Assembly: GCA_964597145.1 (NCBI GenBank) | Contig: CAZQWH010000002.1 | Location: 49,232 to 113,231, forward strand | DNA length: 64,000 nt | Reading direction: 5' to 3' | Source of the DNA: an uncultured Candidatus Saccharibacteria bacterium | GTDB taxonomy: Bacteria; Patescibacteriota; CAZHWT01 | Part shown: in pieces, positions 58,072 to 64,000 of the stretch | How the letters are laid out: each line of letters opens with the position of its first letter | Numbering within the stretch: the first letter of the stretch is position 1 | Made by a program: the position numbers and the translations under genes | The notes under the pieces: model-generated | What the model was told of the DNA's origin: nothing | What the model saw: the letters and a program-made list of their open reading frames with translations, nothing else | Database searches by the model: none

Positions 58072-58543
58072 ATGATTATTTTTATTAGCGGCAGTGTCAA
58101 CTCAGGCAAATCTACAACATCAAAGCTTGTAGCAGATAAACTCGGCGCCAAGTGAATTGATATCGATGAACTTGCTGACTCTATTGTAAATTTTGATCTC
58201 ACAAAAGACATTCCCAAAGCCATCTCCCTTACGATCGACACCATCAATAAACTGACAGCAGATGGAAAAACAGTCGCCGCGAATTACGTACTGCGTCAGG
58301 AAGATTATGAGCAATTAAGGTATGGCCTCAACGACAATGAGCAATACTATTTTTACCTTAGAACCTAGTCTTGCAATCGCTCACAGCGACCGAGGTCGAG
58401 GATTGAACGATTGGGAGTCGGCACGAATTAAATATCATTACGACACAGGCATAACTAGCCCAAAATTTGGTGTTGTAATTGATACTTCCGATATGACATT
58501 AGAGCAAGTGGCTGATAAGGTTCTACAAATAGTTGCGCAGTAA
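58072..58543 (+). pseudogene. Disrupted P-loop kinase-like gene (in-frame TGA at 58153 and a frameshift near 58310)
   Basis: 'MIIFISGSVNSGKSTTSKLVADKLGAK*' Walker A, then the same frame continues 'IDIDELADSIVNF...' to 58317, then a third fragment in another frame ending '...VVIDTSDMTLEQVADKVLQIVAQ'. Confidence 0.5.
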
Positions 58544-58554
58544 TATAGTGTAGT

Positions 58555-59118
58555 TTAGTTCCTAGCGACTTGTTTTTGGGCAGCTAGCTCAGGAAAAGCT
58601 TTGTATTTTTCGCTTATCTCCGTATTGAAGTGTCCTTGTCCTGACTTTATGACAAGTTCGCCACCAACTTGTTCTGCAAGATACTGAGCGTGCTCAACAG
58701 GACAGTATGGGTCATTGTCAGAGTGCAAGAAAATAAACTTGTCCGCTTTTGTTCTGATAACCTCAAAGTCAAATGGCTCTGTAAATAAGTTCTTTAATGC
58801 GTCCCAGCCTAAATCATCTCTGAACGCACTAACTAAAAATACTGTTTTGACTTTCTTGCCCTCTGGCAAGTGTTGCAGTAAACTTAATACTTCCACCGCG
58901 CCAGATGAATGACCGATAATGATAGTTTCACCATTAAAATCAAAGTTCCCATTTGATAGCAAAAACTGATTGTAGGTTTTGGTACTTGGCTTTTCGCTGT
59001 TGGGCAGTTGTGGCAACCACACCTTGTAGCCGTCTTGCTCTAGTTGCTCCTTAAGCCAAGCAAACCAGTTGCTTGCTGGTGTCGCATCTGTTCCTTGTAA
59101 GATGAGTGCTTGTTTCAT
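58555..59118 (-). CDS. Alpha/beta serine hydrolase (YdeN/RBBP9-like, Ser_hydrolase family)
   Basis: 'IIIGHSSGA' GxSxG nucleophile elbow, conserved Asp and 'GHF' His near the C-terminus; 187 aa. Confidence 0.7.
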   Translation of the reverse strand: MKQALILQGTDATPASNWFAWLKEQLEQDGYKVWLPQLPNSEKPSTKTYNQFLLSNGNFDFNGETIIIGHSSGAVEVLSLLQHLPEGKKVKTVFLVSAFRDDLGWDALKNLFTEPFDFEVIRTKADKFIFLHSDNDPYCPVEHAQYLAEQVGGELVIKSGQGHFNTEISEKYKAFPELAAQKQVARN

Positions 59119-59750
59119 GATTCGTTTTTAATTCTTTCCCATTGCTCGCGGGGACACAACTCTTGCCATTCCGCCCACTTGGTGCGATACTCTCCGAACT
59201 TATCAGGCTCTACCCAATGAAGTTTAGTGTCGTCTGTTATACGGTCTGGGAAACGGATGCCATCGAGATGGTCAATCTCGTGTTGAAAAATTCGAGCAGT
59301 AAAGCCAGTCCAAGCTTCAGACACCAACTCTCCTTGACGGTTATACCCACTAACAACTATTTCACTTGAACGATTCACGTTACCACATACATTGCCGGTT
59401 GAAAAGCAACCCTCGCGTCCTTGTTCCAAATGTTCTGATTTAGAAACTATGGCTGGATTTATGTAGGCGTGTAATTCGGGGGTTTCGCCCATGCCTGTTG
59501 AGGCAGTGTCGATAATAATTATTCTCTTACTAACTCCTAGCTGTGGAGCCGCCAGACCGACCATTGTTCGACGGTTTGTGTCGCCCTGTTCACCGTTAGC
59601 TACCCGAAGCATATCGTCAATGAGTTGTTGGATTTCTTGGTTACCAATTTCTTTGACTTCAATCGTCCCAGCGACATGATTAAGAACCTCGCTACTTGGC
59701 GATAAGAGCGTAAGTTCTCGTTTATAGGTGGTCTGGTCAAGTTCTTTCAT
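59115..59750 (-). CDS. def: Peptide deformylase (with N-terminal extension)
   Basis: Motif I 'GLAAPQLG', motif II 'EGCFS', motif III 'QHEIDHLDG'. Confidence 0.85.
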   Translation of the reverse strand: MKELDQTTYKRELTLLSPSSEVLNHVAGTIEVKEIGNQEIQQLIDDMLRVANGEQGDTNRRTMVGLAAPQLGVSKRIIIIDTASTGMGETPELHAYINPAIVSKSEHLEQGREGCFSTGNVCGNVNRSSEIVVSGYNRQGELVSEAWTGFTARIFQHEIDHLDGIRFPDRITDDTKLHWVEPDKFGEYRTKWAEWQELCPREQWERIKNES

Positions 59751-60118
59751 GTACTTATTTTAGCAGATTTTACTCTGTTTCTGGTTGCGCGAAGCGCGTC
59801 GGCTTTGCCGACCGAGCCACGCCGCCTGTTTCGGCTACTGCCGAAACGCGCACCACCAGAAAACCCTTTTCAACTAAAAAAGAAATTCGGCGGGGGAAAT
59901 CTCAAAAATATGCAAAGGGTTTTTCTGGCGGGGCGCAGCACGGCTTTGCCGTGCTAGGCGGCGGGGCTTGTGCTCGTCAGCCATTTTGCTCAAAATAGGT
60001 TCGGACTTGCGTGTAGTAGTCCACCAATTAAAAAAACGCCAAAGTTGTTTTTTAGTTTAATAGTTTATTGTTTGTAGTTTATAGATGACAAAGCAAATAC
60101 AATATCCCAATTTGCTTT

Positions 60119-60257
60119 GTCGTTGCGAGGAAGCAAGGCGATCATGGCAATCTTTGTTACCAACACCCATTTGCATAATTCGTGGCGAGTAGCTCTACGC
60201 CGAGTATAGAAGATTGCCACACTACGCCTGCCTACAGGCAGGCAAGTTCGCGATGAC
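60119..60257. repeat. MITE-like element, GTCGTTGCGAGG ... TTCGCGATGAC termini
   Basis: 139 nt; internal 'GGCGATCATGGCAATCT' box as in the 41040 and 39818 copies. Confidence 0.65.
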
Positions 60258-60319
60258 GGCAAACTGTTGTAAACTAGCCTCTTAAAAGCAGGTTTGCTGT
60301 TTTTCTTGCTATACTTTAA

Positions 60320-60955
60320 TTGATGCCTTATAGATTTAAGTTGCTGGTTTTGGATTATGGTGGGGTGTATTCGTTTCACCATGCTGACCATGCATTCAAC
60401 ACAATAATGAAGTCCACTTTTGACCGCGAACCCAATGAAGAGGGGCGGCGAGAGATTTCAGAACAATCACGGCTGCTTGGGGCAAACAAAATTACAACCC
60501 AGGAATATATCGCTGTGCTGGGAGAAATTTTTTCAACTCCACAACTCCCAACCGTCCAACAATTTGAAGATGCGACCATTGCCGCAACTCATCCACCATC
60601 ACCTGAAATGGTAGAGCTAGTAGCTACTGTCCGAAGCTCAGGAATAAAAGTGTCGCTATTGTCGGACATGTACCTGTTCGAGGCGGAGCTCACCCGGCCA
60701 TGGGGTCACTACGAAGGATTTGACTATGTATCCCTCTCAGCAGAGACTGGCCTGACCAAGCACGATCCTGGCTTTTTTGAAAATACACTCAATCATTTTG
60801 GCGTAGCAGCACATAAGGCTGTGTTTGTGGATGATACAATTAAAAATAGTGAAGTCGCCAAAACTGTAGGACTAGCGACGCTTGTGGCCAATAAGGAGAA
60901 ATATACTCATGCCAGCGAGTTGGCGACTGCAATACGACAGCTTTTAGGTGTATGA
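60320..60955 (+). CDS. HAD-family hydrolase
   Basis: Motif I 'LVLDYGGV', C-terminal 'VFVDDTIKNSEVA'. Confidence 0.6.
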   Translation: MMPYRFKLLVLDYGGVYSFHHADHAFNTIMKSTFDREPNEEGRREISEQSRLLGANKITTQEYIAVLGEIFSTPQLPTVQQFEDATIAATHPPSPEMVELVATVRSSGIKVSLLSDMYLFEAELTRPWGHYEGFDYVSLSAETGLTKHDPGFFENTLNHFGVAAHKAVFVDDTIKNSEVAKTVGLATLVANKEKYTHASELATAIRQLLGV

Positions 60956-61110
60956 AATCCACTTTGACACAACTTTATTACATTCACTTTGGTTTTATGC
61001 TCTATGCTCATCATCCTTAGCTTGACTGAGGATCTTCTGAGTCTATAGAAAATAGATCCTGAAACAAGTTCAGGATGACAGGGGGGGCGCACAAGTCCTG
61101 TTTATTAGTT

Positions 61111-61518
61111 ATGAAAAACCTCTTAACCTTACCAGAAATTATAGACCGCGTGGCGGACGATATAAAATCCTCCCCACTTATTTATGCTATGTGGTTAGAA
61201 GGATCGTATGCTACAGGCAGGTTTAACCAGCAATCAGACATCGATGTCTGGCTTGATGTGGATGACGATTCATTCGACGCATGCATCTCCATTTTTCGCC
61301 ATGCATTATCTACGGTAGTTGGCATTGACCATGAATCAGGCGCCAAAGGAGTTTATTCCCAAAACCCCAAACTCCAAAAACACACATTTTACTTAAAAGG
61401 TTACGTCGACGATAATTGTATTGAACTCGATCTCCAAGAACACAGCCGCAACTTCAATTTTTCCCAGACCAAGCATGCTATACAGATGTTATTCGATAAA
61501 GACCACACCATTACCTAA
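61111..61518 (+). CDS. Nucleotidyltransferase-domain protein (Pol-beta superfamily; ANT/Lnu-type)
   Basis: 'LEGSYATGRFNQQSDIDVWLDVDD' is the GS-x(9-13)-DxD signature; ATG at 61111. Confidence 0.55.
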   Translation: MKNLLTLPEIIDRVADDIKSSPLIYAMWLEGSYATGRFNQQSDIDVWLDVDDDSFDACISIFRHALSTVVGIDHESGAKGVYSQNPKLQKHTFYLKGYVDDNCIELDLQEHSRNFNFSQTKHAIQMLFDKDHTIT

Positions 61519-61725
61519 AGATACCAACACCTACGTATCTAAATTGACACCCAAATTCAGCCTGATTTTTCACTCCATGTACGTCAGGTCGAGCAATGGA
61601 TTTGCCCACTTACCCAGTGTTTACCTCAAAAACTTAACGACGCCATGATTAATTTAAGCTGACACTTCCAGCTCAACTCGTTGTGGTTGGCCATTCAAAA
61701 GTGGTAGGACTTTGGCGATCAATAC

Positions 61726-61947
61726 TTAAGCCTCGGGATTATCGAGTGAATGATCGGCATCGGCCTTGGAATCCCAGACCTCAAAAATATGGATATAGTT
61801 TGGTTCATTGACATCTTTACTAACCGTATATTGCCGACAGTTCTCAAGCAGCAAGGTCATGGCCGAGGCTTGCACCAAAAGCGCAACTAGATCATCTGCT
61901 TTGCCGGGCTGGGTGGTAAATGTTACGAAACGCCCATATGTACTCAT
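61726..61947 (-). CDS. ABM-domain (antibiotic-biosynthesis-monooxygenase-like) small protein
   Basis: 73 aa; 'FVTFTTQPGKADDL...IHIFEVWDSKADADHS' fits the ABM ferredoxin-like pattern. Confidence 0.45.
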   Translation of the reverse strand: MSTYGRFVTFTTQPGKADDLVALLVQASAMTLLLENCRQYTVSKDVNEPNYIHIFEVWDSKADADHSLDNPEA

Positions 61948-62073
61948 ATGCCTAAAGTATACTATTGCTCTACAATCAGCAAATTAGACTATGTTTGGCA
62001 CTAATAGCACCACTATCTACTTGATAAACCCGAATTAAACCCGTATAGTAGAATCTCATCACCTGGAGGCGTC

Positions 62074-62454
62074 ATGAAAGAGCTTGAAGCATACATCTCA
62101 CAATACTTACAAGAGCGGGGTTGGGATAATTTAAAACCAGCCAATATAGCTAAATCAATTATGATTGAAGGGGCCGAACTACTCGAAGTCTTCCAGTGGA
62201 GCGACCAAAGCTTAGATGAAGTTAAACAAGATCCAGCAAAGTTGGAGCGAGTCAAAGAAGAATTAGCCGATGTACTAGTCTACGCCATTGAAATGGCCGT
62301 ATTATTAAAGCTCGATACTAAACAAATTATACTCGACAAAAACAACCAAGCTCGTATAAAATATCCCGCCGATGCTATACAAAAGGCCAAGGAAGACGGT
62401 AGGGGAGAACTATACCAACACATCAAACAGCAACATCGGCAAAATCGAAAATAA
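62074..62454 (+). CDS. MazG-like nucleoside triphosphate pyrophosphohydrolase
   Basis: 'IMIEGAELLEVFQW...EELADVLVYAIEMA' EExxE/D metal-binding helices of the all-alpha NTP-PPase fold. Confidence 0.7.
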   Translation: MKELEAYISQYLQERGWDNLKPANIAKSIMIEGAELLEVFQWSDQSLDEVKQDPAKLERVKEELADVLVYAIEMAVLLKLDTKQIILDKNNQARIKYPADAIQKAKEDGRGELYQHIKQQHRQNRK

Positions 62455-62623
62455 TAGCCTCTTACTAAGCGCCTGACCTTAAAATAAAGATTACCCAAGA
62501 GTGGCAGGCATGCTGATTTTAAAGAATCTCAGATAAAACGGTCACCTCAACTCTTGAACCAAGCATGGTCATTTTGCACAATGACTGTACAGTATAGTCT
62601 TGCCACTTTAGGAGCTATCTCGT

Positions 62624-63223
62624 TTACAACACAAAGATGAGTACAAATAAAATACCAAAACAAACGAGCATCAAAGGCTTGGTAAATGAATCAATTTGTT
62701 GGTTGCGCTGAGCAAAACGCTCAAAATCAGTCCAGACTCCTGATTCCCACACCTGTCGACGACCGTTAAATATGATATTAGTATAAAAAAAGTTAGCTGG
62801 GAGATGGGCAATGTAGGCTTGGGGAGCATTCATGTACAGATAATACATAAATCCCCAACATCCACCCCAGCTAGCATTGTGAATGTAGGCCATTTGATTG
62901 GCGGTTAGCTCTGGCTTGGTAATTGCTGTGGGGCTTGTTGTTGTCACGGTCTCCAGCTCTGTGGTCGCAGCAGTCGCCGCTGGAACAGGAATCGCAGAGT
63001 TATTAATAGCCTTAACCGCTCCAATTGCCAGAAAAATCACTGCCGTTGGCATAGAAACAAAGAATAAGAGCCCCAGGCCAATCGGATTATCGGATACATT
63101 AAACCCCAGCGCAAGAAGCAGGATGATTAAGAGGAGCGGGCCACAGCCAAAGAGAAAGATGAAGGCTCCAATTTTAAGAAATATATTTTGACTCAACCAC
63201 CAGAATAAACGCATAAGAGACAA
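62624..63223 (-). CDS. Membrane protein, hypothetical
   Basis: 199 aa, 4-5 TM helices. Confidence 0.45.
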   Translation of the reverse strand: MSLMRLFWWLSQNIFLKIGAFIFLFGCGPLLLIILLLALGFNVSDNPIGLGLLFFVSMPTAVIFLAIGAVKAINNSAIPVPAATAATTELETVTTTSPTAITKPELTANQMAYIHNASWGGCWGFMYYLYMNAPQAYIAHLPANFFYTNIIFNGRRQVWESGVWTDFERFAQRNQQIDSFTKPLMLVCFGILFVLIFVL

Positions 63224-63372
63224 GCTAGCTTAAGTTTATTATATTCCCGTTTGCCCATCCTGCCAAACCCAAAACTCCTTGTGAATCTATGATAAAATTC
63301 GCAGGAACACACATAATAAGTAGTCCAAATTACTCCACCATTCGTGATGTGTGCTCATTAACCAACTAAACC

Positions 63373-64000
63373 ATGAAAGATATCAGTAATGCCTGGAATT
63401 TAGCCTTGCAAACTATTAACCAAACACTTGGCATCCCAGCCAATGCATCCCCCCCAATAATAGAATACCATTCCGCTTTACACGCGGTTGGCTATAAAAA
63501 CCCAGCCAGACTGATTGTCCTAAATGGGCCAGCAGGCGCGGGCAAGAGTACAATTGGCAAGCTGCTTGGCCAGCTCAATTACCACCGCATTCCGCGTCTC
63601 ACCACCCGACCCATGCGTTATGGTGAGCAGGATGGGGTAGACTACTACTTTGTTTCTCAGCCCTATTTTAATAATGAGTTACGAGCAGGTAACGTTTTAG
63701 CCGCAAAAACAACCTACGGTCATCACCGTGGATTTTTAGCGAACGACCTAGAGCACGCGATGTTAGGTGACAAGTTTTATATGGAAGGGGATAGCTCGCT
63801 GCAAGCCATTTGGGAATTTAAAGATTCCCAGCAATTCAATTTAATGGACGTACTAAATATTTTCATCCTCCCACCAGATCCCAAAAGCTGGGTGGGTAGA
63901 GTAGAATCCCAGATGAAGGCCGGGCATTTTTCTACAACTGAACGCAATCTACGCGTGCAAGAAGGGATACAGTATATACAAACCAGTGCCAAGCGCTATC
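63373..64000 (+). CDS. Guanylate-kinase-family protein, 3'-partial (runs off the window)
   Basis: 'VLNGPAGAGKSTIGKLL' P-loop then 'RLTTRPMRYGEQDGVDYYFVS' GMP-binding region typical of Gmk; not in the ORF track because it is open-ended. Confidence 0.65.
   Translation, partial: MKDISNAWNLALQTINQTLGIPANASPPIIEYHSALHAVGYKNPARLIVLNGPAGAGKSTIGKLLGQLNYHRIPRLTTRPMRYGEQDGVDYYFVSQPYFNNELRAGNVLAAKTTYGHHRGFLANDLEHAMLGDKFYMEGDSSLQAIWEFKDSQQFNLMDVLNIFILPPDPKSWVGRVESQMKAGHFSTTERNLRVQEGIQYIQTSAKRY

Noticed and set aside
58153-58155. TGA inside the kinase-like gene read as a sense codon (alternative genetic code)
   Set aside because: Many well-supported genes in the window terminate with TGA (for example mnmA), and long ORFs are intact under the standard code. 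An additional frameshift is also needed. Pseudogene is the simpler explanation.
63777-63992. Minus-strand 71-aa ORF
   Set aside because: It lies antisense within the guanylate-kinase-like gene, which has a clear P-loop and GMP-binding motifs.

Overview
This 64 kb window is bacterial chromosomal DNA with about 45% GC on average. The lineage is uncertain. Housekeeping genes include tig, clpP, def, murB, mnmA, purF, a MacB-like ABC exporter, a CPA2 antiporter and a csoR copper-sensing module, plus two tRNAs (Leu-TAG, Val-GAC). An LPXTG surface protein implies sortase-dependent anchoring; many products are small hypothetical proteins. Two things stand out. First, the left ~9 kb is an apparent defence or mobile island. 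It carries a phage terminase-small-subunit-like gene, a P-loop ATPase, a HAD phosphatase, a SHOCT protein, a clear SRA-HNH (type IV, modified-cytosine-dependent) restriction endonuclease, a tightly coupled two-gene operon (Mrr-like PD-(D/E)xK nuclease plus an uncharacterised 791-aa protein) and a 396-aa protein with a HEPN-like Rx4H motif. tRNA-3'-end-like direct repeats then bracket an APH-like kinase cassette. The Mrr-like/791-aa pair is the best candidate for an undescribed defence system. Second, the window is saturated with several families of short dispersed repeats. These include MITE-like elements with GTCATTGCGAGG...CCTCGCAATGAC terminal inverted repeats, composite elements built around heptanucleotide tandem arrays of variable unit sequence with conserved flanks, CAACCTAGGTTCAA palindromic elements, TTGTTACGTAAC palindromes, GAATGACAGG-core hairpins and terminator-containing elements. 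Two of these elements appear to have inserted in-frame into housekeeping genes (murB and a DnaQ-GIY-YIG nuclease gene). Several GC-rich patches (~55%) interrupt the otherwise AT-leaning sequence and look horizontally acquired. No rRNA, CRISPR array, integrase or transposase gene was recognised. All calls are from reading the sequence and recalling family motifs; no database searches were run.
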